DNA of 64,000 bases, from contig LPNZ01010610.1 of NCBI GenBank assembly GCA_001655205.1, forward strand, positions 21,631 to 85,630. The letters are read 5' to 3'. The position numbers and the translations under genes are program-made. This DNA comes from Lenisia limosa (taxonomy: Eukaryota; Protista; Breviatea). Under the pieces are notes generated by a model, which worked only from the letters and a program-made list of their open reading frames with translations, ran no database searches and was not told the origin of the DNA. This document shows, one piece after another, positions 14,001 through 29,900 of this stretch. Numbering within the stretch: position 1 is the stretch's first letter; each line of letters begins with the position of its first letter.

Positions 14001-17000
14001 CCAGTCGGGCTGAAAAGATCGTGTCCGGATATCGACACTCCATTCGACCAAATTGTTCCGATGCCGGTGATGTAAGCTGCACCCTTGTTGGCCCAGGCAA
14101 ACTTGTTGGCTATGGAATAGTCCTTCTCACTCTAAATGCATAAGTACAACTGGGAAGTTTCAGCTATCCCTTCTGCATTTATTACCCTTAAGAAGATGCT
14201 TAAAATATTCCGGTTTGTGATATGAAGAAAACCTTCCAGCGCAGCCCCACTGGAAAGGTAGTGTTCCTTGGGTAGACGGTTGTAACGACAGTTCCTGAGA
14301 TGAACACATTTGCGGAATCCGAAAGCGGTACGTTGGGTGACTGAATGTCGTATTCCGTGAAGAGACCAAACAGGTCCTGTGAAATTAATACTCCAAATGA
14401 ACACAAAATCTGGGGCCTACATTAACATGTGATGCCTGAACCATTTCGTAATAGCCTAAGGTAGTGAGTGAGGCGTCGTAACAGAAAACAGAGAATATTG
14501 CCACCAACCTTCATTGCGGGTGTAAAACAAGTCTCTCCCATGTCCGCTGACTGTACTTAAAGGGCTCTGAAAATGTAAAACAAAAACAAAATAGGACCAA
14601 AACAAGCTTTATTTTGCCCTCAAAACCACTCCAAATCAAGCTTTATTTGGCCCCAAAACCACTCCATTAATAAGTGAGTGCCTCAACCCAAAATAATAAC
14701 CACACCAAATCAAATGATTATCTACCATACCAAAGGCCGGTCTGTCGCGTTATAGTACTCATTGCTTCCCGAGCCGAAGAGCTCTTTACCAACACTGACA
14801 ATGTACAGTTGGCCTGAGAGACAAAGAAAATAAGAACAAGAACAAGACAATAAATATAAACTTGAGAAAATTTAAACAACTCACCTTCGCAATTGAAAAC
14901 TGGGTAGTAGTGGGAGTTCAAAATAGTACATGAATTAACTAAATTGGTGAGACTTAGTGCTGAAGGTAAAACTTGAAACCAGAAAGCGATACATAAATTC
15001 AAGGTACATGTCAATATTTTATTGCTAGAGAGAAGTCAACGAATTGCACCCCGATACCTGTCGTCATCTGGGCATTACTTAGGACTGCATTGGAGATGTC
15101 ATTACCAACAAACGGCGCATTGTTTGCGTGGACGCCATAGTAGAGGAGTTCTAAATCGTCAGCCATACATTGGTATTAATAGTCACTTGAGTGAATATAT
15201 ATGATAATATAGTATAGTGACGTTTTAATCCAGGTAGTCCCTCCTACTCTTCAATCCGGTCCTGTCAAGAGTCACCATACTTCCGATGTCTAAGCCGGAA
15301 CCTTGTGTGACCTGGTGCGCATTGACCATTGTGTAACCATCAATATCACCAGTCTGCAAAATCAACCACGCAAATATTAAACATTCTCTTTATCAAAATA
15401 CTGACATTGAGGATATAACAGTTTTTGTTGGAAGGGCAGCTTAACCACATAGGTTCTCGACACCAACCCACCTCAATTTTAAGTTCATAATTGGTATGAG
15501 AAGTGTGAGACCAAATCATTCCTCCTGAATTGTAAGGAATTTGAAGATTTCAATAATACTGTGATTAAAAAAATCTACTCAAAGCCACTACAAATAGTTG
15601 CGACAAAACAGGATATGGAAATAGAAGTGAATCCAATCCAACCATAACCGCGGTGGAAGACCACCTTGCCGTTTGTAGTCTTTGTCACCGCTTTCGCATC
15701 GCATGGCAAGCTGTACTACATTGTCACAACCTCAAGATCGGATTGCAATCAAGCTTGATTCTAGTTTCTAAAAGTCTTGCAATTATCGGTAGTCATTTGG
15801 AAACTTAAAAAATTGACAGTAATGAAGCCAAACTCACGGAAGCAGATTTATCTTGACAAGTCATTTTGAACACTGTGCTACTGAAAGTATGTTGGGGCGT
15901 TAATCCAGCCCGATAGATACTTCCATCTAAACCATGAGCAACAAATTAACACAACACGACCAACCAGTGTGAACGAAATAGGACAGGTAATTGTCGCCGT
16001 TTTTAATCCGAACAACGTCAAGAAACGCATTCATCACCCCCTGACAAATGAAACACTTTCAGAGGACCTAGAGTACAAACATCAAATATTATTACGTCAC
16101 AGGAATGCAACCAACCCACCGCAATCGGCATGGGATAACTGACGTAGTAGTTGAAAGTTCCCACACCCAGTGACCCATCATAATTCCGGCCCAATGCATA
16201 CATGCTGTTTGAGTGTCCTAAAATATAAAAACTCAACACGGAGGATGCTTCAACAAAGCTAGTCTGATATATGAGATTACCAACGGTCTGAAATAAAAGA
16301 CCGGCAAAATTTCAACGATTTTATTGAGAAACTCTGTCTTTTATGGAACGTCACCCATTCCCAATTTAAAAGGAGCTGTGAATTATTCTGAAACTTTTTG
16401 CATTTCCTCAAAACCCCACATTTTTAACCTTTCCCCTCCTCCCAAAGAGCCATACTTAAGAAATAGAACGTGGAGGGGTCAATGATGATCAGCTTTTTGA
16501 GGTTGTCGGGGGCTGTATAAGTGGGAGGAAAGTCGGACATCTCCATGAGGCCTGATGGGCCCTAAATTCTGAGCGGTGCCTTCATTCAAGTCAACATTGC
16601 GGTTATCAGCCACCACAAACTTCAGCATAAAAAGGCGATTCACTGTCGGTGGTGGTACCGAAGGTGTACATTTTACCTGGATAACAAAATGAGATGACTC
16701 ATGTGGCATGCAACAAACAGCCAGCCTATACCTACCACTAGAGCATCCGAACACAACCAGGCCATTCTGAAGGAACATTGACGTCATTGAACATGATCCC
16801 GGCACGGGGACCTCCATCTGATTTACGCCCATTGAAGGCGGTCGTGTGGCCGCGGAAGTGATACTTGTCAGCCACCCAGGGAGGGCTAAAAGGCGTCATA
16901 ATCCTGAATTGGAGGGTACATATCTGATAAAAGAGATGATAAGCCTCCTCCAAATCTTCAGAACTAAACGGAGAACAGTTCCACCAAGAAACTCACAGTC

Positions 17001-17680
17001 GATTTCATCGGCATAGTAGCGAATTGTGATGGAATTTCCGTCTAAAATGTGACTAATTTAAAATACAGTAGATATATGATTGCTAGGAGCGCTACATCCC
17101 AATAAATAAACGGAACAATCAAGAGTGATTGGTTGTCTGAAGCCAAACCATATCATATGTATATGTCAAATCAAGCAAACCAGAAGTCACCATGAAGAAT
17201 TCGGATGACACAGACAGCTGCGAATCTGGTACAAACTCTAAAGGCTAGAAGTGGATAAATAGACCCCAGGGTAGTCACCTTCAAACAATGCAAAATTTTA
17301 GACTATAATAGAGCAAAAATAACTAAATTATATGATTATGTTATATAAATGATGAAGAAGATGAAGGGATGTTTCTATAGTTTCTGACGGTAGTTTCAGC
17401 ATTAGCTTCCCACCTGCAGCATGAACTTGTCATTGTCCTTCGAGGCAGCCATCTCATCTGTTGACCATCTTCCCGCCAAATTCTTGCCATAAAGATAGGT
17501 TCTCTCATAACTCACACCTGAGAATGGTCAGGTTGTCAGTATCCTTCGCCCGAAAACAATTGTGCTTTTTAGGGGGGGTATACTTTGGTTCGCACTGAAC
17601 TAACCTAATGACACGTGTAACACGCTGGTAAAAACATAGATGAGTAGGACTAGGAACACCTTGGAGTGACAATTTGCCAT
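5050..17680 (-). CDS. Very large signal-peptide, Cys-rich, multi-pass membrane protein with RCC1-like and GCC2/GCC3 (ephrin-receptor-like) repeats; 3' end approximate
   Basis: Signal peptide MANCHSKVFLVLLIYVFTSVLHVSL at 17680. FVPDSQLSVSS (~17200). RCC1-like YALGRNYDGSLGVG (~16180). Cys repeats CVQCPINTYSSELDSTECTPC, CKCPKGSEFVLDSEECVLCSSNTFS and CEDGYEGNLCALCQAGWYKRDNSCKKC. TM-region motifs DPSVTCFESDHKAFLIYVLLGVVAYVILIP and GFLHSRYKDETAMWEAVVLLRLL. Acidic Ser-rich cytoplasmic tail. That this is one continuous gene is inferred from uninterrupted same-strand exons. Confidence 0.7.
6007..6143 (-). repeat. Introner-like repeated intron, copy 1
   Basis: GT...AG intron whose 3' ~65 nt (ccaacagagttgattcggc-ttttgtttcataaattttcccattttactccccc...cag) recur in introns at 7621, 28742 and 29992. 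Confidence 0.75.
7159..7226 (-). repeat. 34-bp tandem duplication spanning a 5' splice site
   Basis: ccacct(a/t)agccaatccacctcctcacttggcgaa occurs twice; the minus strand reads ttcgccaa|GTgagg twice. Confidence 0.9.
7621..7759 (-). repeat. Introner-like repeated intron, copy 2
   Basis: 3' block ccaacagagtcgattgttttgtttcataaatactccagatttactccccctcag, plus the upstream taaccc..gtgtgtt motif shared with copy 1. Confidence 0.75.
9535..9596. repeat. 62-bp intronic fold-back element with a perfect 15-bp inverted repeat
   Basis: gggataagtcttgac (9535-9549) pairs with gtcaagacttatccc (9582-9596); the stem extends by gattt/aaatc after one mismatch. Confidence 0.85.
10344..10459 (-). repeat. Nested tandem duplications containing three copies of a 5' splice site
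   Basis: A 25-bp unit cccttccccaccatcaacggttcaa occurs twice, plus an overlapping ~40-bp unit twice; the minus strand shows atg|GTggg three times. Confidence 0.8.
12457..12816. mobile_element. ~360-bp AT-rich MITE candidate in an intron
   Basis: Left end gctcaaggtccaaaattatgacgttaattc versus reverse complement of the right end gctcgagatcctaaactatgtcgttaattc (about 25/30 identical). TA dinucleotides lie just outside both ends. No ORF. Confidence 0.65.
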
Positions 17681-18021
17681 GCTATGGTGGGGCAAACCAA
17701 CAACCAACATTATCAACAACCTAACTTTTTGTGTTCTTCTTTCTTCTTCCACCCATCTAAAAAACACCGTTACCGAAACGTCAAATCATCATCAACAAAA
17801 CAACATTTCAAAATTTATAATCAAAGTTTCTGGGGGTGATATCGTGTTCTCTATCATTTGTGGTTGGCAGAAGGGCACAGACAGAAGAAAAGGCAGATCA
17901 GGGCACAAGCTGGGCAGAGTCAGGTCAAATTTTGGTTTTGGTCAAATTAGCAGAGTAGTAGTAGTAGTAGAGTGTTTTGTTTCAAGTAGTAAGTTGCAAG
18001 CAAGCAAGAAAGAACAACAAA

Positions 18022-20753
18022 ATGACGTTCGGCACTCTTCTTGTGCTCCTTTTGGCCCCCCTTGCCCTCTCGTAGGTTAAGAAACTTAAAATCTTTTGAA
18101 AGGAACCGCGGAAAATGGTATTCACATTCCAACATAAAATCATTATTTTGCCTTACTTTTTGATTTACCTTTCCCAGTTCTATCATCCAAGGGCCTAATG
18201 GAGAAGTAGATCTCTGTGGAGGTGGATCTTGTCCCAATATCCCAATTACTGCAACAGAAAGATGTGGGGCGTAATAATTAAATGGAATGAATTGGTTATT
18301 CAATCCTGTGTATCATAAGATGACTTAACTGTGTCTCAATTCAGTAAAGCTGGTAGCATGTGATATATTTCACACTTTTTTTGGTTCCTTTTCCATCCTC
18401 AGTCCCCAGCTGAGTGGGTGTTTTTTTTAGTATTCACCACTAGTATCCACGCTGAGTACACTTAAGCTCATCACGCCGCCGTCCGATACTGACGCCAGTG
18501 TCTCTTTGGACATCACCGATATCCCAAGAACTTCCGACTATTACGTCAAGGTATGTGAATATTGGTGGGAGGATTGGGTGTAAACTATATCAAACATCCG
18601 CATAGTAGTTTTGGTTTATGGAATATATCCTAGTAATCTCGGCTGAAATGCATCATATTGAACAGGGGAAAGTTGGCTGTTTTGGGTGAATCTTAAGTGT
18701 GGTGAGTGCTTCGCCTATCAGATGGACAACACTATCATTCATTTCCTCACTATTTGAATATTCTCCAGCATGACTTTCCAGGCTACTTTTGTTGACCAGC
18801 AAGAGACCCTCCAGTTCCCTCTCAACGGGGCAAGCGATACCCTTGACATTGCTCTTGATACCGAGAGGCTTTGCAACATCCAGGTAAGTGTCTTATTCGC
18901 AGATTCTGTGAGTTAATTGAAGTTGTCATTCCTTGATAGCAGAGATGCCAGTATAATTGTCAGAGAACACACCTTCACCTTTATCCTTCGACAAAATGCG
19001 ACTTCAACTATGACTGAACATCTCAGCTCTGCACGGTGTATGATCTTGACGAGTTCTGTGGTCCCTCACTTCTGTCATCTCCTGTCGAGTCCGAACAAAC
19101 AACTGCATTCAAGGCTCATGGTAACATCACGCGTGTGAGTTACAAGGATGCTTTCACCTGGCCTGTCCCTGGATGGACTGTTGAGGTAAGGCGGTTCAGG
19201 GACATCTTAACTCCCGTGGGGTTGCGGAGATATTGGCATGAACATTATGCTGAGATAAATAGGATGCGGTTGGTTTCGATTTTTCTTCAAAGGCTTTACT
19301 CTCCAGGTCATCTTCACATCGTCTGATACAGCTGAGAGCTACAACGGCTTTCCACTCATCCACTTCTTCTCTGCTGGATCGCCTACAAACAAACACTTCT
19401 TCATCCCTCGCAGAATTGTGGGCTGGGATGGAATAATGTAAATATATAGTAAATATGATATACATGGTAGGTACATAATTACATATGATATCGATATATC
19501 ATGGTATAGTATGATATCGATATATCATGGTATAGTATATATCATATACTAGATATATATGATATACAGACATATATATATATTATGTATAGTATTTCAT
19601 ATTGTTGTAATACTATGGCTTCCCCACGATCCCAAAATAGACTGAATTTCTCGATAAATCCTCGATAAATCCTCGATATATTACCGGTCTTTTTCGGACC
19701 GTAGGGAAGCCTGGCAAACGTCACCATTTCCCTAACACCTTCAGCAAGAGACTCATCTTCAAATTTACACTGCGCCTGGAATAAGTCATTCTGTTGCCGA
19801 TGTCTTCCGTAAGCTTTTCGTTCCATTCTCTGCATAATGGAACGGCGCGTCTTCAGTTATCTTACACATTAGCGATCTTCAATCAGACTTACCATGTTTT
19901 CATCACAATGGACACTGATCGCACTGTAAGCCTGCCAAATGCTACCAATACTTCTGTGTTTTCATTATTTTATTGTTTTGATATGATTCACTTTTCTTCA
20001 ATGACTGCCAACTAATTGTCTCCAATTTATCCTGATCCATTAGTCCCAGGCATTCGTTGATGGCGTGTCTTTCCCCATTACCTTCCCTGGAGACAGCTTC
20101 CAGCAGGAATTAGTGGTATGCAGTATGAGTAATTTTGACGACCACATGACAGTTTACCCATTATTTATTGATAAAGTATGAAATAGAAGTTGATTTGAGA
20201 GGTTCATCCCTTTCCATTGTACTGCTCACGTTGTAGTCGGTCTGTTCGGGCGCGTTCTTCGATTCCGCCGTGGACGAACTGTCAATGTCGCACCTTCTTG
20301 CTGGAGAAGCATCTGTAACTTATGTAAGTTTTTTCCATTTCTGGGAGATTGTCAAACATATGGGATGGGTTATAACAGTACAGTTTTAAACTTCTCTTTT
20401 GCCCAATTTACTCCCCAGACACGCATTTACAACCGAGTGCTGACTGTCGGTGAAATGACTACGCTCCAAAGCACAGGCCCGACTGTCAAGGTAAGCTGCC
20501 GTTATGATTGTGTGTCTTTTTTTGTGCAGTTCAATATGTGAGCGTAACTAGAATAGTTTTGGAGCTAACTCCCAATCCAGACAGGCAATAAGACTATCTT
20601 GAAATCTAACCCTACAGCCCTCAGCATCCTAACCCTACAGCCCTCAGCATCCTAACCCTACAGCCCTCAGCATCCCTGCGGCAAAACCTTCTCTTCGACT
20701 TCAACGTTGGGCGTGGCGTTGGAAATGGGAGCGCTGTAGGAGAACTCGCTTAG
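18022..20753 (+). CDS. Secreted LamG/concanavalin-A-like jelly-roll domain protein
   Basis: Signal peptide MTFGTLLVLLLAPLALS; exons giving FTWPVPGWTVEVIF, QTYHVFITMD, AFVDG, TRIYNRVLTVGE and NLLFDFNVGRG, typical LamG-3/pentraxin-like motifs. Confidence 0.75.
19617..19711. mobile_element. MITE family A, copy 1 (95 bp, intronic)
   Basis: TIRs ggcttccccacgatc / gaccgtagggaagcc; internal tcctcgataaa repeats; clear reverse-orientation homolog at 30664-30759. Confidence 0.8.
20606..20674 (+). repeat. 23-bp x3 tandem repeat spanning a branch-point-like site and a 3' splice site
   Basis: ctaaccctacag|ccctcagcatc occurs three times with identical sequence. Confidence 0.95.
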
Positions 20754-20909
20754 GTCGTGTGTTTTTTTTTTGTATTTACAATTGCCCCACCAAAAACAAG
20801 CCTTAGAGGGGTCTTATTCCGTATCATAGAGGGGGTCTTATTCCGTATAGAGGGAGTATGGGGTCACTTGAATATTCACAATGTATTACTGCGTTTGCTA
20901 GACAGCCAG

Positions 20910-23971
<3,062 letters not shown>

Positions 23972-24383
23972 GCTTGTAAATTCAATTTATTAACAACGCT
24001 ATTAGTTGAATTTTCTAATTGTAAAACGTCAACACAACCAAATACTAAACTGATTTTGGGTGCTCTTTCTTCTCTGTTCTTTCTCTCTTTCTCTCTCAAC
24101 TTTATTCACAAACCTCCTACTCCGAGCCATTCCCTTTTTTGCTACTCCTCTGCTCATCTTCATTTGCCTGCTTCCAGTCCTAGTTCCTCTTCCCGATCGC
24201 AGGAGTCAAGCAGGAGTTTATTAGTTTATTCTCTTGTTTTTTTATCCTACTCAAACCCATAAAAACCTCCTCGACTGGAATAGTATTACCCTAGACGTGC
24301 CCTAGACGTGACCTAGAGGTGACCTAAAAACTCTTAGACTCCGAGACAGGAACTGGAGTTTATTTAATCTCAAAACAAGCTCA

Positions 24384-26833
24384 ATGACTATTGTTTCAGC
24401 AAACCTCCTCATCCCTCTCCTTGTTCTATTGAGTCTTACAAGCGCATATGTGTAAGAAGATGGATGGATGAATATGGATGTGATGTGCATGTGTAAAAGA
24501 ACAATGCTCTTTGGACTTTGGTCCGCCATAGACATAATTGAGGCTGGGTCTTATTGTTGACAGTGTTTATGCGGGTCCTTCATTGCAGTACTCTTTAATC
24601 TTCTAGGACTTTATCATCAGATCAAATTACGAAGTTGGGGGGGGGGGGGGGNNNNNNNNNNNNNNNNNNNNNNNNNNNNNNNNNNNNNNNNNNNNNNNNN
24701 NNNNNNNNNNNNNNNNNNNNNNNNNAAGCATGTCTGTTCATCTTTGTTTTTTGGCTCTTCGATTGTCTTGATTTTACCGACCAGAATTGACACCCTTGAG
24801 TCGTTGGACATCCGTGTTGACAACCTAGTTGCCCAAAATGCCAATAGTAGGTAGTTTTTTTTTGATAATCAGTTACCCGTCGATAACTTGTTAAAGGATG
24901 TGTTTGTCTGTTCTCATTTCTAATTTCGTAGTTACATCAGGATTTATAGGAAACGTATCCATTGCAGAGGTGAGTCTCTGCAAGTTTCAAAACGGTTTTT
25001 TTTTGGAGAGCATATCAGTCTTATTTTATAGATTGAGGCACTGTTTGCACGGGGTGGTGGGAGGGTATCAGTAAGGTTCGGCAACGCCCGTTGGTTATTT
25101 TGGCAGAATATGTAAACTTATCTACTCCGTAAATTCGTCATAGGAAATACCTGTTATCCTACATTGATAATAATACATAGCGTAATACTACAATGTGGAT
25201 TATATCATATGTCAGTTCAAAATTTGTGTTTATTTGGTAGTTCTGGTTTTGTTTGTTAAAAAATTGTCTGTCTTTTCTTATGTTGAAGGATCTGGGAAAA
25301 AAAAAATCCATTATTCAACAAAAAAAACCATCAGGGCAGTTTACCCAGCACTGCTCTCTTTATGTTTTTAGCTGTGTATTCATCATGTCGTGAAGCTCTT
25401 GATGCCAATAGTAACGAGGAGGCAGCGTACAATATAATCTTTGGGGTATTAAGGGACTGTAGCTTTGCTTGGAAGACCTTATACACCGTTTTATCAACCA
25501 TCCTGAATTCACCATTGCTAGTATTTATTGTATCATCAATATTGAGAATCAGTTAAACAAAGTGACTGTTTAGGACAAAAAATGCCGAGTTCGTTGTCGT
25601 TATGACGAAACGTATGGATACCTGACAAGGTATGGATTGGTTTAGTTACGAATCCCTATTCTTGGACATGAAAATGTTTTGTTTTTTGCGTCATCTCATT
25701 ATACAATCTTATACCTGATTCTTTCCCACTTATTTCCAATAGAGTCGGATTATTTCGTATCATATTCATTCACATTTAATCCCGTCCACAGAATTTTGGC
25801 ACTCACCGGTGGACCCTACGATTACGCACCAAACTTCTGGTCTTTGGGACTCAGATATGGCGGACCTGAAAGTGGGAGAGGAGGGGCCGCCTATGTAAAT
25901 GGAAAAAGGTAGATTGCTCCACATACTATTAGTCAGTCAACAATTTTATCCCGGTTACAATTTTACCAAATTTTATGATACCTCCTTAAAAATAATAATA
26001 AATAAAATTATCAATCACGCAATTTTTTTGACTTCTTGAAAATCAAAAATAGAAATCAATCGCGCCCTTACTATATTTTGTGTGAATGACGTATCAGTGA
26101 ATGTCGACTTTCAAGACGGCTACTACACAATGCCAATCGCAAAAACGGTCCTTCAAATAAATTGTATGTTGGCTCGTTTGTTAACTGTACTGATGGCAAG
26201 ATGGGTTACATAATTTCCCCTATTTCATAAGTGACATTGTTCTCGCGTGTGCCTTATTGTCACCCTATTAGCTCTTCAATTTGGTGCCTATACAATTGCT
26301 TCAACTACCTTACCAGCTGCTGAAATTGTAAGCACCTGTTTTTTTGTCACCTTTTCTCAGCTCTAATGGGATAATAACATCATCACCATCATTTCCCTGA
26401 AACGACGGCTTCGGCCATATCCACACTCTTCTTTATGTTACAAGATGTTTATTGTCTCTTTTTTCTCTTTCAATCTTCATTTGTATGCACTGATCCCCAA
26501 TAGACAACGCCTCTCTTTAGCATGAATGACTTGTCAGTGTACATGGCACAATCGAATAACGGCTACTTCTACAACCCTCAGTACTTCCTTGTTGGTTCCT
26601 ACGGAGCATCGCCTGTCCTGCCTATTACGAACTCAGAGGCGGCAAACTCGAAGCAGCTCTTCCTTGGTGAGGATGGGCTTGTTCAAAGGAGAACTTGTAT
26701 CACTGAATTTTTGAACCCCGAACCCCCGAAGCATCATAGTGTAGGAACTGGTACGTTGAATGGAGACTGTCTCCAAAGGACATCCACATCAACTTACACT
26801 GTGTGTCCTCCACAGGTTGGTGGCTTTTTGTAA
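24384..26833 (+). CDS. Secreted protein with a divergent fibrinogen-related (FReD-like) domain
   Basis: Signal peptide MTIVSANLLIPLLVLLSLTSA; then IDTLESLDIRVDNLVAQNANS; then YSSCREALDANSNEEAAYNIIFG-DKKCRVRCRYDETYGYLTRILALTGG...NFWSLGLRYGG, aligned by eye to the SC...GxYxI...VYCDM..GGGWT FReD signature. Confidence 0.6.
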
Positions 26834-26975
26834 AGAATTTGAAATTGTCGGAAAATATTCTGGAATTATTTGGATTATTTTTCTAGGATACAACAACCCT
26901 CATCTCTCTGTGGGCAGCAGAATAATTCTGTTGTCGACCTTTTATTGTATCAAATATATGAATAATATGTATTAT

Positions 26976-29900
26976 TTATGTATGAAACAGATGCGGTTGC
27001 TTCAGTTCATCAAGTGGATGAAAGAAACATGAATTAGAACTATAGAAACCATGACAACAACAATGAAACAACTTATTCTCCTCTTCTCTTGCGCATAATG
27101 GTGGCACTTTGTGACTTGCTAAATCATCAATTGATGGGAAGATGAGAGATAAGAAGACTGCATGAAGATCTTTCCCATCAAACCCCTTCTTCTTCTTCTT
27201 TTTGGCAAGCTTTTTGTAAGCCTCTTCTTCCATTTCTTTGAAAGTTTGAGTCTGACTCTAAGACGAGTGAGATACTTTACACCAGCTACAGAAACAATAG
27301 GAACATGAAAATTGCCACTCCTGTCCCTACCAACCTCGGCTGCAAGTTGATAGACAAAACAGAGTCCAGCTGTATTAAAGCCCATTGTTTCCTGAACGGT
27401 TAGGTGCGATTATCAAGGGGAACAAATTATGAACGCTCTTTAAATATTTCAAAATGGGCGAGTAAGGTCATCCTAGGGGTCCCGACCTTCTCATCTTCCA
27501 GCTTCGATGACGTGGCATCTCCAAGCTGCGCAAGGGCAGTCTGGGTGTCGACACTGCGTGACAAGAGGCGTCCGTGCGCAGTCAGTGAGAAATCTAGGAG
27601 CCGGGCGACAACCTCAACTTGCTTGCCCTGAAGAGTGAAAATATGGCGGTCTATTATCAGGAGCCTGATGCTTAGAGTTACAGATTTAGCCAAATGGATA
27701 TACTCAAGGAGAACCTCCAATTTAACAACTTGCAATAGTTTCATAGAGTTCAAGCTTACTTGATCGACCCATTTCTTCATGAATTGGAAGAGTGTTGAGA
27801 GAAGGTGGAAGGGTAGCACCAGCTAAACAGAGTCAAGAAAGTGATTAGATGTCGTAATAAATTATTCAAGAGGGCCAGCAAAGCTTAGTCTCAGCGTACC
27901 AGGGCAGGTTCGAGCTGAGCAGGCTTGACGCGAGTGATTTCTTTGAGCAAATAGTCAGACGTGTTTTGGCCCATAAGCATGATATTGGCCTCGAACGGAG
28001 CACAAAGCGGCTCCGGCGTCTGATACTGTCAGAGACGTTGAAAGTTGTGACGTGATATAGCAAATACCATCAATCAGCATTCGAAAAGGGTATCTGCCCA
28101 CCTCGCCATTGTCGCGTTGCTTCTGCCTGGCTGCCTGAACCTCCGGAGTTTGCTCTTTCTCCATCAAACGAAGGTCATCATTGTAGGCTGAAGCGTGAGA
28201 TCCATGAATGCTACAATGAAAGATAACTTCGGTGGTCCCACATACCCTCGATTTTCTTCTCTTCCTCAAGGACCAGCTCGATTGCTTCGATGAGAACCTC
28301 TCCGGACCTGATTGCTTCACGTGACATACGCGATCCACGCTGAGGGGGAGGTCAATTGGTTCTCAGAAAGCAGCTTGAATGAATCACCACAACAACAGTA
28401 AAAAGGAAGCAAGGTCTGTTTCAGTCTTTGGCGTAATATATCACAGCCTACCTCTTCCGTCTTTTCGTCACCCTTCTTCTCGTCCAGGCTTTTGTCGAAC
28501 ATTTCTTCGAGTTCTTTTTCTTTTTCTTCCTCAAGGAAAAGCTGGGGGTTGGGGTAAATGAGAATACATTGCAAAACAGGTGGCATACCCCCCAAAAAAA
28601 CCAACCCACCTGGTCGTCGGTTCGACTGAATATCCGAACACTTCGGTCGTTGGAGCATGTGGCCACTCGCTCACCCCGGGCACCCACAGACACGCCCCAC
28701 GCCTCGTCGTGATGCGCTTCAATCGACTGGACTTGCTGAAACTGGGGGGGGGGGTAAAATTGGAAAATGTATGAACAAAAACCCCAAATCAACTGTACTT
28801 TTCTCAATGAGAAACAAAAAAAGTTACTTGTTCAAGTGTTGCACGGTAAGGATTGACCATATTACTATCCCATCATACTGAGTCACAATCCCAGTATTTG
28901 AGCTTGCCGTCCTTTCCGACAGTGAAGCAATAGTGAGACTTGCCGGAGAATTGAACCTAGAGCGTGAATGAACCGCCATTGTAGCCCAGTGATGACCAGT
29001 GAGAATTAGTGATGAGCACAAACAGAAGGTGAGAATTCCCCGAAGCCAACAACAGACGAAAAAGACAAGATAACGAAGAAAATTGGGGAAATGATAGTAT
29101 CCAGATACGATAAATTGATGTGAGGATAATGATGCAATATCCAATGGAAAACCCACGTTCATAACAGCGCCGTCATGAGCCTTGAGTGAACGGTGACAGT
29201 CACCATAGTCCAAACCCCAGATCTTGATGTTCTTGTCTGACGAGGCTGTGACGATAATGGTGCTGTCGTTGGAGATGTCCATGGAGGTCACAGGAAGGCG
29301 ATGGCCGTACAGACTCAAATGGAACTTCAGAGTGTCGGTGTGGTAGATCTTGGGTGGTGAAAACGCATCAATAAATGGTTTTTCATATTAAGGCCCATCT
29401 CTGCAGTGTGGTCAAGCCGCTTCCAACCTTCACGGTGGTGTCAAGTAAAGCAACAGCAATGAACTTGCCATTGGGACTGTAGCGGACAGCGAGAACATCG
29501 TCAGTCATCTCCATCTCACGGATTGGCCGACACGAGAGTACCTGTTGGTCAGATCGATCAGTCTAGGAACAGCATTTTATTATTGCAAATAATGAACCAC
29601 AACATAAAATAAGATAAGAGGAAAAGGGTACGAAAAAAGAGTGGGTGTGATCACACATACCATTTTTTTGTTCTGTTCAAGCATTTCAAAGTTCCAGAAC
29701 TTGATCAGCCTGTCACTACCGCCAGTGACGAATCCCTAAAATGTGAATTGTTCCTTCACAGAGAAATCAATGGGGAGTCAGAAGTTGAGCCACTCTTGCT
29801 TTTTTAACCCAATAACATGCAATTATAAAAATGTTATTAGGGGGTAACATCAAGTGGCCCAGTATCAAGACTACCTTGCAGTCCGCTCGAAGGGCAAGAC

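Noticed and set aside
14601-14667. 33-bp tandem duplication as another splice-site duplication
   Set aside because: It lies wholly inside an intron with no GT/AG junction copied. Similar non-junction duplications occur at ~20805-20850 and ~24290-24330.
18073-18075. In-frame TAG after the LamG signal peptide, suggesting stop-codon reassignment
   Set aside because: Resolved by a GT donor at 18072 (tc|gtag) that joins the next exon in phase. Conserved genes (WDR3, beta-amylase, AIDA) read in the standard code.
27250-27385. Non-canonical intron flanked by agctgg repeats in the WDR3 3' region
   Set aside because: A canonical gag|GT...cttAG|agtcag intron gives the expected C-terminus.
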